Notes: generated by a model not told the origin, from the letters alone. DNA of 64,000 bases from Candidatus Thorarchaeota archaeon (GCA_019057475.1 DXJO01000018.1:66348-130347), one strand, 5' to 3'; counted from the first letter of the stretch, positions 51,999 to 63,373 are shown. Made by a program: numbers and translations.

Positions 51999-52729
51999 TT
52001 CTAGAGAGTGTAGGCATAGTCCACTTCATTTTCTGCCTTCTCAATATACAGGAAGTTTTTGAAATTCTATAGGGCATTTCCTATATCACCTCATATTGAA
52101 CGGAATTGCGTGAAGCCTTTGGACGGAAAAGCGTACAAAAAGACAATCGTGTTTGAATTGTTTTCATTTGTGTCTATCTTTTTTCTCTCTTCTTCTTGGC
52201 TCCTTAAATGTAGCAGTCCTCTTTCTCTCTTGTCGCAGACCTACTGGATATGCTTTTCCACGATTCACGTAGGAATAATCATAAGCTCGAATACCACCCA
52301 TCCCATCAACGTTCTTCTCTGATGGTCTAGTAACTGTCGTTTTACCAGAAGGCCGACCACGACCATATGTTATACCCGCACAAAATACTATAACAAGAAC
52401 AAGCAAGGCCAACTCGATCATCAGGATTCCCTCAATTCGCTATCTTGTAAACATTCGTTGCCTCCTGCAACTCTTCAAACTTATTATGTGGTGACAGCCT
52501 ATACAAGAGATAGGCAGGATAATATACGCGATAAACTATGTAAGTTTTGCCTTCAAATTCCAAAAACTCTGGAACCTTGGATGCTTTCTTATTCTAATAT
52601 CCTTCCTATATCTAACACCCAAAAAATAGCCATTTGTAAGTAATCACTTAGAAAGCGTCCGTTCTCAGACATAGTTTCAACGCGTATATGAAAGTCCTGC
52701 ATAGAAGAAGACGCATAATCTGTCAACCT

Positions 52730-53104
52730 TTACCTTTGGAAACTTGTCATCTTGTCGTCTTTCAGGTTCGGGAACTTAATTGCTATTACGACCACATCGT
52801 CCCCCTGGGGGGTCTCAAACCAATGAGCCTCTCCGGGCTCCACAAGCACCACATCTCCTTCATCGACATCAAGGAGCTGATCTCCTACTCCCATCTTTGT
52901 CTTATTCATGATGATGAAGATCTCTTCAAGCGTTCCGTGTGCGTGGGGATCTGTCTTCATTCCTCCTGGAATCCTTACATAGATGAAGCCACCATTTTGC
53001 AGGGATTTCTTGAACTTGACATCTGCTACATACTTCCTGCCGTAACCTGCCAGTCCAATCATCTCAACATCCGATGCACGCCAAACCTTGACCAAGAATC
53101 TCAC
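52730..53104 (-). CDS. Cupin-domain protein
   Basis: HAH..EEIF, GDVVLVEPGEAH. Confidence 0.85.
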   Translation of the reverse strand: MRFLVKVWRASDVEMIGLAGYGRKYVADVKFKKSLQNGGFIYVRIPGGMKTDPHAHGTLEEIFIIMNKTKMGVGDQLLDVDEGDVVLVEPGEAHWFETPQGDDVVVIAIKFPNLKDDKMTSFQR

Positions 53105-53498
53105 AACCGTACATTTGAGTCTAATAGAATGCCACGAGTAGAAAGGAAGCTCACCAGTATGCTCAGGAGAGGTTTTTGTTGCCGGGGTCTATCTTCTGCT
53201 GATCGAGTTCGATAATCTCTGGAAAGTCATTGAACTTCTCACTCGCTGTGGTTCCTACACGTAGTATGTGCTTGTTGAACTTACTCTTCAACTGGTCTTA
53301 CCTCCCGGCGGTAGACATTCCTCTTCAGGGAGGGTCGATTGCAGCGGACTGCCTATATCACTTGCGGAAGAATTGCGATAGAGTTGAGAGCTGCGGAGAC
53401 CCCAGCTCAACATAGTAGCCTATTTAGCCTCCCTTTGAGAAAGGAGTTGATGTAGTTCAATGTACCAGACATCAAGGCGGTGACACTTGGTTATGGCG

Positions 53499-53996
53499 AT
53501 GAGAATCATATCAGTGATTGGCGGGGCGGACAGCAATCAGAAAACCCTAAAGCTTGCTGAGAGCATTGGAGAAGAGATTGCGAGGAGAGGTATCGTTCTC
53601 CTATGCGGGGGTCTCGGAGGAATCATGGAAGCAGCATGCAAAGGCGCAAAGAAGCACAATGGGCTCACGATTGGAATCCTGCCAACAGACGCCAAAGAAC
53701 ATGCGAATCAGTACGTCGATATTGCTATACCCACAGGTCTGGGTTATGCTCGCAATTTCTTAGTGGCCAAGGGTGGGGACGGAGTAATAGCTATTGATGG
53801 CTCTGCCGGAACGTTAAGTGAGATAGCCATCGCGTGGTTCTCTGACAAGCCGGTTGTAGCGCTAGCTCCAACCGGTGGATGGGCTGGAGAACTTGCAGGC
53901 AAGAGAATCGATTCGCGTCGTTCTGACGTCATCCATTCCGCATCAACTCCTGAGGAAGCAGTCAACGCTGTGTTCAAAGCCCTTGGCTGGGACTGA
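53499..53996 (+). CDS. LOG-family protein (TIGR00725-like)
   Basis: GGLGGIMEAA, TGLGYARN, GTLSEI. Confidence 0.85.
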   Translation: MRIISVIGGADSNQKTLKLAESIGEEIARRGIVLLCGGLGGIMEAACKGAKKHNGLTIGILPTDAKEHANQYVDIAIPTGLGYARNFLVAKGGDGVIAIDGSAGTLSEIAIAWFSDKPVVALAPTGGWAGELAGKRIDSRRSDVIHSASTPEEAVNAVFKALGWD

Positions 53997-54005
53997 TTCG
54001 AGGGG

Positions 54006-54854
54006 ATGCGTTCTGTGAAACTTGTCAAAGATGTTCTTGGAGGAAAGAAGGACATCTCGGCAGAGAATGTCAAACAGCTTGTCGGAATGATGTGCGATTT
54101 GTATGATTCCCAGCCTAATGTGATAGAGATTCCTGAAAGACGCGTGATCTTTGTTGGCGACCTTCATGGAGACCTCGATTCTGCTTTGGCGGTCCGAAAC
54201 TACTTCCTAAAGTCGAAGGACTACTCCATGATCTTCTTAGGGGATTACGGCGACCGGGGACCAGCTCAAGTTGAAACGTTTAATCTCGTTATGGCGCTTG
54301 CACTGCAATTTCCGGACCGTGTCGTAATGCTCAGGGGCAATCACGAGTCAGATGAGGTTGCTACAAGGTACGGCTTCTATATGGACATCAGTCGTAAGTA
54401 TTCTCACTCCATGTACGAGCATTATCTGAACGTGTTCACGGTTTTACCTCTTGCTGGATTTAGCAGCAATGGAGTCTTCTGTTGTCATGGTGGTGTTCCA
54501 GAAAATGTCACCAGTCTGAGCCAGATTCTTGCAATCGATAGATGCTTCCCCAACTTCCCGGATGATATCGCCTTTCAGATGGTCTGGAATGACCCCAAGG
54601 ACCGTGACTTCGATTTCAGACCAAGCTGTAGAGGTAAGAGAATGAAGTACTTTGGCCAGGTCGCCTTTGATAGGTTTGCGGCTGACCTAGGCATAGAGCT
54701 CATGTTAAGAAGTCATGAGGTTTTTGAGGAAGGTTTCAAGATCTTCTTTGGAGGAAGGCTATTCAGTGTATTCACTGCAACAGCCGGAGGGGCAGTGAAG
54801 CCGAAAATGGCACGACTGAAGGATGACCTCATAATCAAACCTGTTCCGATATGA
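54006..54854 (+). CDS. PPP-family Ser/Thr protein phosphatase
   Basis: GDLHG, GDYGDRG, LRGNHE, HGG, WNDP, RSHE. Confidence 0.92.
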   Translation: MRSVKLVKDVLGGKKDISAENVKQLVGMMCDLYDSQPNVIEIPERRVIFVGDLHGDLDSALAVRNYFLKSKDYSMIFLGDYGDRGPAQVETFNLVMALALQFPDRVVMLRGNHESDEVATRYGFYMDISRKYSHSMYEHYLNVFTVLPLAGFSSNGVFCCHGGVPENVTSLSQILAIDRCFPNFPDDIAFQMVWNDPKDRDFDFRPSCRGKRMKYFGQVAFDRFAADLGIELMLRSHEVFEEGFKIFFGGRLFSVFTATAGGAVKPKMARLKDDLIIKPVPI

Positions 54855-55005
54855 GCGCTTTGAAAGATAGACAGCAATCAGTGCGAAGGAAAATCCCCGG
54901 CACAGGCATTGTTTATCGGCCCGCAGAATTTACTGAAACTATGGGCCGCGTAGAAGATACTAGTAATTAATGAAATAGCTCAATTGAAGACGGGTATGAA
55001 GTCTT

Positions 55006-55599
55006 ATGGAGTTTTCAAAACAAAAGATAGGAGCTCTTCTGATCTACCTCGGTGGAATCCAGTGGACTCTAGGATTGCTTCTTGCAGAAGCTTGGCATCC
55101 GACGTACAATAGCCGAATTGATTATGTCAGCGACCTTACTATAGGCCCTACAGCTCTAATATTCAATGTAACTGTATTTTTTCTCGGATTATGCATTGTT
55201 CTTGGGGCGTATCTCCTAACTGATTCATTCAGATTTCGGCTACTGACTTTGTTTCTGTACTTATCAGGAATTGGTGCAATGGGCGTTGGGCTGTTCTCAA
55301 TAGACACGCAACCTATACACAGTATCTTCACACTTCTTGCGCTTCTCTTTGGAGGGCTTGCAGCTCTTGTTTCATTCAAGGTTCAGAAACCTCCCATCTC
55401 ATATGTTTCAGTCATTCTTGGTCTTGTTTCATTGGCTGCAACATTTCTATTCATGCCTTACTTGGGTCTACCAGTTGGATCTACTGAAACCTTTCTAGGT
55501 ATGGCAAAAGGTTCAATGGAACGATGGGTAATCTTCCCGGTCATAGCTTGGATTATTGGATTTGGAGGATATCTTTCAAATCAAGATCCTGAGAGCTGA
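55006..55599 (+). CDS. DUF998-like membrane protein
   Basis: YVSDL, IFN, GVGLF..H, MERW. Confidence 0.75.
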   Translation: MEFSKQKIGALLIYLGGIQWTLGLLLAEAWHPTYNSRIDYVSDLTIGPTALIFNVTVFFLGLCIVLGAYLLTDSFRFRLLTLFLYLSGIGAMGVGLFSIDTQPIHSIFTLLALLFGGLAALVSFKVQKPPISYVSVILGLVSLAATFLFMPYLGLPVGSTETFLGMAKGSMERWVIFPVIAWIIGFGGYLSNQDPES

Positions 55600-55761
55600 T
55601 TCATGGCTTTGCCAGTGTTTCCTACACTTCGTAAGAATAACCTTCAATATGACGATGGTTCACATTGAGGAAACTTCTTAACGTCTTCAAATGGCAAACA
55701 TATTCGTGGGTGTTTTATAGGCCGAGAGTGCCGTGAGTCTTCGCCCTAGGATGATACAGAG

Positions 55762-56844
55762 ATGCCAAAGGTAGCCGTCGTCAAGACCTCTCCAAAAACA
55801 GTCTATGATGACATTGCGCGGCTTATGGATTTCGCGGACTATGACAAATTCGTATCAAAGGATGTCATGACGACAATCAAGCTCAATCTCTCTTGGAGCA
55901 AATTCTACCCAGCATGTTCAACGAATCCCTACATCTTCGATGGTTTGTTAAGAAAGCTCATCGCAGATGGCTTTGATAATCACAACATTCAAGCTGTTGA
56001 GAATGAAACAGTTGTGACCAACATCTATGCAGGGACTAAGGGGAATAACTGGTACCCGGTTATGAAGAAACACAGGATCAAGTTCCTGCCGCTAATCAAT
56101 GCAACTTACGTTGATGTAAAGCTTCCAAGGAAGACACTTGTTCTCGAGGATATCTTCGGTGAAATTATTGCTCCTAAGGAAATCTTTGGCACAAATATCA
56201 TTCATTTACCAACGATTAAGACTCATGGTCATACTCAGATTACTGGCGCCCTCAAAGATTCCTTTGGCCTATATTTAACCAAGAACCGACATCTAGCTCA
56301 CTTGAAGATACACGAAGTTCTAGTTGACCTTCTACTGCTGCAGAAGACGATTTCACATTCTGAGTTCGTCATTACTGATGGCAGTGTTGTTGGCGATGGA
56401 CCAGGTCCGCGCACCATGGTACCCAAGATCGGGAACGTCCTTATAGCAACCAGTGATATGGTTGCTGCAGATACTGTTCAGACCCGCTTGATGGGCATTG
56501 ACCAAAGATTGGTTCTCAAGCTTCAGATGGCCAAGGAGCTTGGCCTTGGGGAATCTGACCCAGAGAACATCGAGCTTACAGGCGACTTTGAGTCATGGGA
56601 TGACCTCCCGAACTTTCACCTTAGTCCGGGTAAGAGTCCTGTCATAACTTGGAATCGAGGCTTCCTGAAGTTTCCAGGGATGGAAACATTCCTATTCAAG
56701 TCCCCGTTGATGTGGCTGCCCACTCAGCTGTCGGGTCTATATCACGACGCGTTCTGGCTGCCAATAAAGGGCAAGAAGTGGGTTCGTTGGTTCCTTGAGG
56801 AAACGGAGTGGGGTGAACTCTGGAAGTCTTACTCAACAGAATAG
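55762..56844 (+). CDS. DUF362-family protein
   Basis: IKLN, LPTIKTH..TGALKD, GDGP, DMVAAD. Confidence 0.8.
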   Translation: MPKVAVVKTSPKTVYDDIARLMDFADYDKFVSKDVMTTIKLNLSWSKFYPACSTNPYIFDGLLRKLIADGFDNHNIQAVENETVVTNIYAGTKGNNWYPVMKKHRIKFLPLINATYVDVKLPRKTLVLEDIFGEIIAPKEIFGTNIIHLPTIKTHGHTQITGALKDSFGLYLTKNRHLAHLKIHEVLVDLLLLQKTISHSEFVITDGSVVGDGPGPRTMVPKIGNVLIATSDMVAADTVQTRLMGIDQRLVLKLQMAKELGLGESDPENIELTGDFESWDDLPNFHLSPGKSPVITWNRGFLKFPGMETFLFKSPLMWLPTQLSGLYHDAFWLPIKGKKWVRWFLEETEWGELWKSYSTE

Positions 56845-56856
56845 GAGAAGATTGGA

Positions 56857-57810
56857 ATGGCAGTAAAAGATTACATCCGGCTTATGCGACCTCATCAGTG
56901 GTACAAGAATCTCTTGGTGTTCCTAGCGATAGTCTTCGTAGAGATACCATCTGAATGGCCATGGGAGACCTTGCCGGCGGCGTACAACATTTGGAACTAC
57001 CCCCCGCTGATTGTGGGATTTCTGGTGTTCTGTGCTGTTTCCAGTGCGGGGTACATATTGAACGACATTACAGATCTAGAGCAGGATGCAGTACACCCAG
57101 AGAAGAAGGAACGGCCATTGCCATCTGGTCGCGCATCGAGCAGGCCCGCCAAGGGACTAGCTGTCATCCTTCTGGCAATTGGTTTTACTGTGGCATATCT
57201 TGAGAATGGATTTTTCTTCATCATCGTCGTAATGTACTTCGTCAACTCACAACTCTATAACTACTTCTTGAGGAAGTGGGCCGTTGTTGACGTTGTCGAT
57301 ATCGCTTTTGGTTTCATCTTAAGGGCTATTGCTGGAACCGCCATCCTACTAGTGCCATTCACATCCTGGCTAGTGATTGGGGTCTTCTTCTTTGCTCTTA
57401 TCCTAGGATTTGGTAAGCGAAAGAACGAACTTCAATACCTTGGAGAGGATGCTGCAAAGCACAAGCCTGTTTTCAATCAATACACTGAAGCGATGCTTGA
57501 CCAAGGTATAACAATGTCAGCCACTTGGCTGGTTCTCTTCTATGCACTCTATACGTACAATAATTTCCCCGGGGAGATGATGGTGTACCAGCCAGTGATG
57601 ATGACCGTGCCGATTGTTGCGGGGCTCATCCTTCGCTATGTCTACCTCATCCAGACAGGCAGTCCTGTAGGCAGAAAACCGCACCTTGCTCTAAAGGACA
57701 AGGGTATTCTGTTCGGCGTTGTGATTTTCGTCATAGTGCTTGGTGTAGCGCTATTCTTCTGGCGAGGAATTCTTGAGTTACTCCTGACTATGTTTCCGCC
57801 AGTTCCGTAG
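56857..57810 (+). CDS. UbiA-family prenyltransferase (polyprenyl-phosphate phosphoribosyltransferase-like)
   Basis: RPHQWYKN, YILNDITD..D..HPEK..RP..SG, GKRKNE. Confidence 0.88.
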   Translation: MAVKDYIRLMRPHQWYKNLLVFLAIVFVEIPSEWPWETLPAAYNIWNYPPLIVGFLVFCAVSSAGYILNDITDLEQDAVHPEKKERPLPSGRASSRPAKGLAVILLAIGFTVAYLENGFFFIIVVMYFVNSQLYNYFLRKWAVVDVVDIAFGFILRAIAGTAILLVPFTSWLVIGVFFFALILGFGKRKNELQYLGEDAAKHKPVFNQYTEAMLDQGITMSATWLVLFYALYTYNNFPGEMMVYQPVMMTVPIVAGLILRYVYLIQTGSPVGRKPHLALKDKGILFGVVIFVIVLGVALFFWRGILELLLTMFPPVP

Positions 57811-57819
57811 GTGCTTACT

Positions 57820-58500
57820 ATGAACGACAGGCTTTCCGCCTTTGACTTACACTTTCACACCTATTACTCTAAGGACGGCCTGAACAACCCCCGAATGCTC
57901 TTCAAATACATGAGGCGACACGGTCTCAGAGGAATCGCCCTTACAGAGCATTGGAAACCATCCATCCTGAAGGTCATCGAAAGAAATGGGCGATTTCTAT
58001 TGCCAGCTTGCGAGTACAAATGCTCTGACTATGGAGAGCTCATTGGATTGTTCATATCCGAACCAATTGAGAACCGGTCATTTGTCGAGATTGCAGAAGA
58101 TATCCATGCACAAGGCGGAATAACGATTCTCCCACATCCCATGGATCCCTTGAGAAAGCACACCGCGCTAAGGCGTGGCTTGCCTGAGGAGCTTGTAAAG
58201 AAACACGTGGATCTGATTGAGGGAATAAACTCCCGATGTGTGGTGAACCTGTTCAATACGTGGGCGCAGAAGCTAGCTAAGCGCCTTGGCAAACCAATGA
58301 CTGCAGGAAGCGATGCCCATTCCTTCCTAGAGATAGGACATGCAAGAACTTGGCTTCAAGATGTTGAAACGGCAGATGATATCTATGGTGAGCTGAGGAA
58401 AGGTAGGACTCAGATTGCCGGCTACTGCTCATTTCCCTTGGTCCACCTTCCTTCCGTATTCTGGCAAAGAGTGAGGAGAATTGCCTATGACGAATGGTGA
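57820..58500 (+). CDS. PHP-domain phosphoesterase
   Basis: DLHFHT, TEH, HP, GSDAH. Confidence 0.88.
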   Translation: MNDRLSAFDLHFHTYYSKDGLNNPRMLFKYMRRHGLRGIALTEHWKPSILKVIERNGRFLLPACEYKCSDYGELIGLFISEPIENRSFVEIAEDIHAQGGITILPHPMDPLRKHTALRRGLPEELVKKHVDLIEGINSRCVVNLFNTWAQKLAKRLGKPMTAGSDAHSFLEIGHARTWLQDVETADDIYGELRKGRTQIAGYCSFPLVHLPSVFWQRVRRIAYDEW

Positions 58501-59527
58501 GGAAATTTCAACACAGACAGGAAATGAATTCATCAGTATCAGAAAGCTGATAGCATTCGTACTCATAGGAGCTGTCGTCTATCTTGCTATACTATTCTAT
58601 GTTCAGATCGACCCGGTAATTGCTGCGATTAGCTCCCTTCCGTACTGGATTCTGCCTGCTATGATTACCCTGTCGTTCTTGAACTACTTGATTCGGTATG
58701 TGAAATGGCAGTACTACCTGCGCCGCATCGACATCAACCTTGGTCACGCTGATAGCCTCAGCATTTTCCTGGCTGGTTTCTCGCTCACAACAACTCCGGG
58801 CAAGATGGGGGAGGCCGTAAAGGGCGTCTTCATCAATGACATAGACGGAACACCCCTGGCTAAGACCGCTCCTGTAGTAGTTTCAGAGAGAGCGACCGAT
58901 CTCATCGCGATGGTTATTCTGGCGCTGGCAGGTTTTAGTATTGGTTTTGCAGGCGGAGATCAGCTTTACCTTGTTGTGTTGCTTGGAGCTGCGGCAGTCG
59001 TAGGCGCAATAATTCTGGGTCGTAGTGAATTCTATAACGGAATCCTGCAAAGACTCACTTCTTTTGGACCACTAAAGAGATTCTCGAATAACAGCAATTT
59101 GATTGTCGATACTATGACTAAGACGATGTCTCCGAAGCCAATGGCAGTAAGCACGGCGATTAGTGTTCCGGGGTGGTTCATGGAATGCATAGCACTATGG
59201 CTACTTCTCAGCATTCTATCTGGTGCGGGGTTTCCATCGCTTACTCAAGCCTCGCTGTTTCTGCTTTTGCAGGCAACGTTCATTCACGCAACAGCGTCCG
59301 CCATCGGAGCAGTTTCCTTCTTGCCAGGAGGGCTCATTGCCTATGAGGGTACAGCTGGCATACTCATTCCACTCTTGCTCGGTTTCACCGAAAGCCAAGC
59401 CGGAGTTGCAATAATCATCATAAGATTCGTAACTCTCTGGTTCAGCGTCATAGTTGGATTCGTGGCTCTTGCAGTTGTCGAGAGAAGACGTCGTGTGCGG
59501 GAGCAGCGTGGTTCCCACCAAGCTTAA
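58487..59527 (+). CDS. Flippase-like (LPG-synthase TM/AglD2-type) membrane protein
   Basis: RYVKW, TPGKMGE, ERATD, PGGL..YE, IRFVTLW. Confidence 0.82.
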   Translation: MTNGEEISTQTGNEFISIRKLIAFVLIGAVVYLAILFYVQIDPVIAAISSLPYWILPAMITLSFLNYLIRYVKWQYYLRRIDINLGHADSLSIFLAGFSLTTTPGKMGEAVKGVFINDIDGTPLAKTAPVVVSERATDLIAMVILALAGFSIGFAGGDQLYLVVLLGAAAVVGAIILGRSEFYNGILQRLTSFGPLKRFSNNSNLIVDTMTKTMSPKPMAVSTAISVPGWFMECIALWLLLSILSGAGFPSLTQASLFLLLQATFIHATASAIGAVSFLPGGLIAYEGTAGILIPLLLGFTESQAGVAIIIIRFVTLWFSVIVGFVALAVVERRRRVREQRGSHQA

Positions 59528-59563
59528 AACCGAAGGAGAACAAAGCTCCGGCTGTGAGTCTAG

Positions 59564-60580
59564 ATGAGCAGTCCACTCGAAATGGCAGAGAGTAACGCCG
59601 AAGAAATAGTTACCAATGAGGAATTGAAGCACATTCTCGAATCCAAGCCCGGCTTTAATTTCTACTATGGGACAGCTCCCACAGGTCCATTTCATTATGC
59701 ATATCTGATACCTCTCAACAAACTGGTGCAACTGGCGAAACTTGGCGGAAAGGGCACCATTCTACTTGCGGACTATCATGCACATTTGGACAGCCAGAAA
59801 ACATCTTTTGAGCTGATGGACCTAAGATCGAAGTACTACGAAGAATGCATACGAGGTGTTCTCGGTTCTGCCTCCAAGAAACTCAAATTTGTTAGGGGCT
59901 CCACCTACCAGCACAAGCGAGAGTACGTTGAAGATCTATACAGGATAGCAGCCCGCGTGACGACGACGAGGGCGAAGAGAGCTGCGAGCGAAGTCGTTCG
60001 GATGCGAGGTGATGCCAAGGTTTCTGAACTCCTCTATCCACTGCTACAAATATTGGATGTGAAATATCTTCAAACTGATATCACAGTAGGCGGCATTGAC
60101 CAGAGGAATATCTACATGCTTGGGAGAGAGCATCTAGAAAGTATCGGGTACCAGAAGGGAGCCTACATCTTCATGCCACTGCTACCTTCACTGAAGGGCG
60201 GTGGTGGTAAGATGTCAGCAAGTGATCCTTCCACGCACATTAGGGTGACTGACAGTCCTGAGAGTATCAATTCCACCATTAGGAAGGCTTACTGTCCAGC
60301 GGGAGACCTTGAGCAAAACCCCATCACAGCCACCGTGAGATACATCCTAATGCCGCGACTGGGCGAGCTCCTTATTCCAAGGAAAGAGAAGTTCGGGGGC
60401 GATGTTGAGTTCAAGTCTGTTGAAGCCTTTGAAAAGGCGTATGTGGAGAAGGAGCTCCACCCAATGGACATCAAGCAAGCGGTGACAGAAGCACTGATTG
60501 ACATTCTCAAACCTGCTCAAGAGTACTTTGAGAGTCATCCTGACATCCTGCAACAGATCGAGGAAAGCTTTGAGGCGTAA
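59564..60580 (+). CDS. tyrS: Tyrosine--tRNA ligase (archaeal type)
   Basis: YGTAPTG.FHYAY, LADYHA, YPLLQILD, GGIDQR, KMSAS, LHPMDIK. Confidence 0.95.
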   Translation: MSSPLEMAESNAEEIVTNEELKHILESKPGFNFYYGTAPTGPFHYAYLIPLNKLVQLAKLGGKGTILLADYHAHLDSQKTSFELMDLRSKYYEECIRGVLGSASKKLKFVRGSTYQHKREYVEDLYRIAARVTTTRAKRAASEVVRMRGDAKVSELLYPLLQILDVKYLQTDITVGGIDQRNIYMLGREHLESIGYQKGAYIFMPLLPSLKGGGGKMSASDPSTHIRVTDSPESINSTIRKAYCPAGDLEQNPITATVRYILMPRLGELLIPRKEKFGGDVEFKSVEAFEKAYVEKELHPMDIKQAVTEALIDILKPAQEYFESHPDILQQIEESFEA

Positions 60581-60624
60581 AACGCCTGGACAATAACTGT
60601 TACTATCCAGCCATTTCGCTAGTT

Positions 60625-61017
60625 TCATTCAAGACGAATACCAAGACTGTCCAACAGCGCTTCAAGGTCTGCTCTTGAAAGATACTTGGCCTGCTCTACG
60701 ATGATGTCAACCTTATCGGTACCCATGCCTTCTGTTGGAGCTTCTTCCGGAGCTCGTCGAGTTCCTCGGGTAGATCTCCTAGAAGCTCAGGCTTGGCTAT
60801 CTCCAGTTCCTTGCATCTCTGTCGGAATGTCTGACAGAGAATACGTACGTAATGCTTCATCAGGTCCCACTTCAATGAACTGACCATTTCCCACATCAAC
60901 CAGCGTGAATCCATTCCCATCAGGAATGGCGCTCATCGTCTGCAGGTCTGACGACAGACTACCGACTATCAGCGGCAAGAGCACAAGAACTACGTACTAC
61001 AGCTTCCTAGCATTCAT
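60625..61017 (-). pseudogene. Decayed secreted/membrane protein gene
   Basis: MNARKL*YVVLVLLPLIV... signal-peptide-like start with in-frame TAG and TGA. Confidence 0.4.
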
Positions 61018-61207
61018 AGACCGGTCTCCGAATCCGGCGAACAGTGTCTTATTGGTTCACTGAATCCGGATATCGAATCCAGTGATTGACGACCTCTCAA
61101 GCGGAACCTCTGCAGAACCACCCTATAAGAACATGCTCGCTGTACTCGATTTCGTTATTCGAAAATCCTTCGATTTATGGAATGGCCAAGCCTGCGATCT
61201 GTCAGAC

Positions 61208-63373
61208 CTACACGCTTTTTCGACGAGTGTATAGCGTCCAGATGACGACCACAATGGCGATGGTGGATATGGCGCTAACCACTGCTACGACAACCGGATC
61301 CCAGAGAAACGACCCGCCCTCAATATCCCCGTATAGAACGCGTTGCTGCGTTGAGGCTCTGTTCATGCCCCAGTCGTAGGCTTCAATCCAGATGACGAAG
61401 CTTATGTAGTCGTCGAAATCGGGAACCGTGGCACTCCACTCGCTGCCATCGAATTCACAGGGGTATTCCAATTCAACACTGTCATTCAGCAGGATATGAA
61501 CCGTTACGTTGTCAACCCCTGCCAGGTCATCCGTTACCTGTGCCCACGCTGTGAATGTGTCGAACTCGAACTCAGTCGGGATTGTACCCCAGTCAGTAAT
61601 CACTGGCGGAACTGTATCATGCATTGAGAAGGTCAGCCTCTTCAACCAATCTTGGACCTCATTGAATGCCTCGTAGCATGCCTGCCAGTCCATCTGATGA
61701 TAGATCGCCCCAACTCGGTCGAGTGCATTTAGGACGCCCCGCTCAGCAATGAGGGTCTCTGGACGCGGACTTGCAGGCATCTGACTGCGGCGGGAATCGA
61801 GCTCCTCTCTTGCATCCACTTCCATCTGATCAAGGTACGTTCCTTGAACCCAGTTTCTATCGAACGTAGCAGTGCCGTTGTGCATTCCATAGTAGCCCAT
61901 CGGACCGTAACTGAAGTCACCCACGTAGTGGTCATAGCCCCATGTATGCATGAGGCCAAGAGCATGTCCGGTTTCATGAAGCTGAATATGCGAGATGCCC
62001 GATTTAGGAGTCACCTCATCTGACCTGTAGTATCGCTCCCAGCTCTTCCAAATCACTGTCTGCCCGAGACTTGGACTGCCCAAACCGGTGTAGTACTTGC
62101 CATAGACGTGCATCAACATCTCTTTCTTGATGAAGATCACACCGAATAGCTCCACATCACTGGAGTCCACATTGATGTACTGAGGTCTCATTTGGTCAGC
62201 TATGGCGGAAAACAAACCACCTCCGTCAACTATCGTCTTTCCATCAAGCACAGCATAGTCCCAGAATAGGTTATTCCAAGATGGATAGTTATCTATGTCA
62301 AGGAAATCAACCTCAACATCCCACGATATGAAGGGGAGCAATTCTTCAAGGTGTGCAGTTTGCATCTCAGCATTTGTCACCCAACGAAGGCTGTCAACAG
62401 AGACCCCGTCTTGAACATCCATGCAGAAGACGAGCACTCGCACTTTAGCCTGAGTCACATACGAGGCCGGGTAGTGCTGGAACGGCACACATAGGTAAGC
62501 AATAGGGTCATACATGTACTCTTGAAGATAGGTATTGAAGAGCTCTTTTCCGTAGGGAGTGCTAAGGTTCAGAGAGTCAACAACATCTTCCAGATCGTTT
62601 GTCCAGTGCGTAGGGTCGCCCGTGTTCGGCCACCACAACCTTGCCCATCTCAAATACCATTGGTCAGCGCTTGGATCGAGGACATAGATGTTGTGCCGTC
62701 CACCAAATCCAGGATACATGAAATGCACATCTTCGTTAAGATCGTTATCCCATTCCAATCGGAACCAATCCTGAGTTTCTCCAGTGTCTGAATCCATTGC
62801 ATGATAGTCGTACCAGTGTTCTAGCCCGTGGCCAGGGGTATCAAACTCTGAGAAGTTCAGCAAGTAGAAGACATATCCAAGACCAGGGGGTTCGACGGCA
62901 GGATTCTCATGAAGCCAGTCCTCTACGGCGTAACCATCAATTGACATTCCAGCGCGAGGATAGAAGATAGTCTGAGGTTCGTCTTCGTGGTCAATCTGGT
63001 ATCCCAGTGCAGTCTCGTTGAGGCTAGTTCCCATGGCAGACCCATTGACAGAGTTGGCCAGCATCAACGACCTAAGATTATCAACATAGGCTTCATCCGC
63101 GTGGGAAATCTCGTAGTCCACGTTGTATTTTACCAGGGCATCGCCAATATCGTATGTGCGCTGCGTTGGGAGATTCTCCAAGAGAGCCATTACATCCACT
63201 ACATCCAGATCATAATTGACTAACACTACGCGAATTGTCCAATTGCGCACTACCTCAATCCCCCTTTGGGCAAATGTGTATGCAGGCGTGGTCATGGACC
63301 GGTCTGCAGGGCTGATTGTTGGCATTGGAACAAAAAGCAAAATGCAGAGAATCACAAGTAGTGCAGCGCGCAT
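61208..63373 (-). CDS. Secreted, membrane-anchored zincin metallopeptidase-like protein
   Basis: Signal peptide MRAALLVIL, HETGHALGLMH plus Met-turn, Ig-like domain, C-terminal TM. Confidence 0.8.
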   Translation of the reverse strand: MRAALLVILCILLFVPMPTISPADRSMTTPAYTFAQRGIEVVRNWTIRVVLVNYDLDVVDVMALLENLPTQRTYDIGDALVKYNVDYEISHADEAYVDNLRSLMLANSVNGSAMGTSLNETALGYQIDHEDEPQTIFYPRAGMSIDGYAVEDWLHENPAVEPPGLGYVFYLLNFSEFDTPGHGLEHWYDYHAMDSDTGETQDWFRLEWDNDLNEDVHFMYPGFGGRHNIYVLDPSADQWYLRWARLWWPNTGDPTHWTNDLEDVVDSLNLSTPYGKELFNTYLQEYMYDPIAYLCVPFQHYPASYVTQAKVRVLVFCMDVQDGVSVDSLRWVTNAEMQTAHLEELLPFISWDVEVDFLDIDNYPSWNNLFWDYAVLDGKTIVDGGGLFSAIADQMRPQYINVDSSDVELFGVIFIKKEMLMHVYGKYYTGLGSPSLGQTVIWKSWERYYRSDEVTPKSGISHIQLHETGHALGLMHTWGYDHYVGDFSYGPMGYYGMHNGTATFDRNWVQGTYLDQMEVDAREELDSRRSQMPASPRPETLIAERGVLNALDRVGAIYHQMDWQACYEAFNEVQDWLKRLTFSMHDTVPPVITDWGTIPTEFEFDTFTAWAQVTDDLAGVDNVTVHILLNDSVELEYPCEFDGSEWSATVPDFDDYISFVIWIEAYDWGMNRASTQQRVLYGDIEGGSFLWDPVVVAVVSAISTIAIVVVIWTLYTRRKSV

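Noticed and set aside
51999-52700. AT-rich stretch with short ORFs
   Set aside because: No recognisable product; probably a gene remnant.
60625-61017. Selenocysteine readthrough of the TGA at 60787
   Set aside because: No redox-motif context, an additional TAG in the same frame, and no SECIS seen; pseudogene is more likely.
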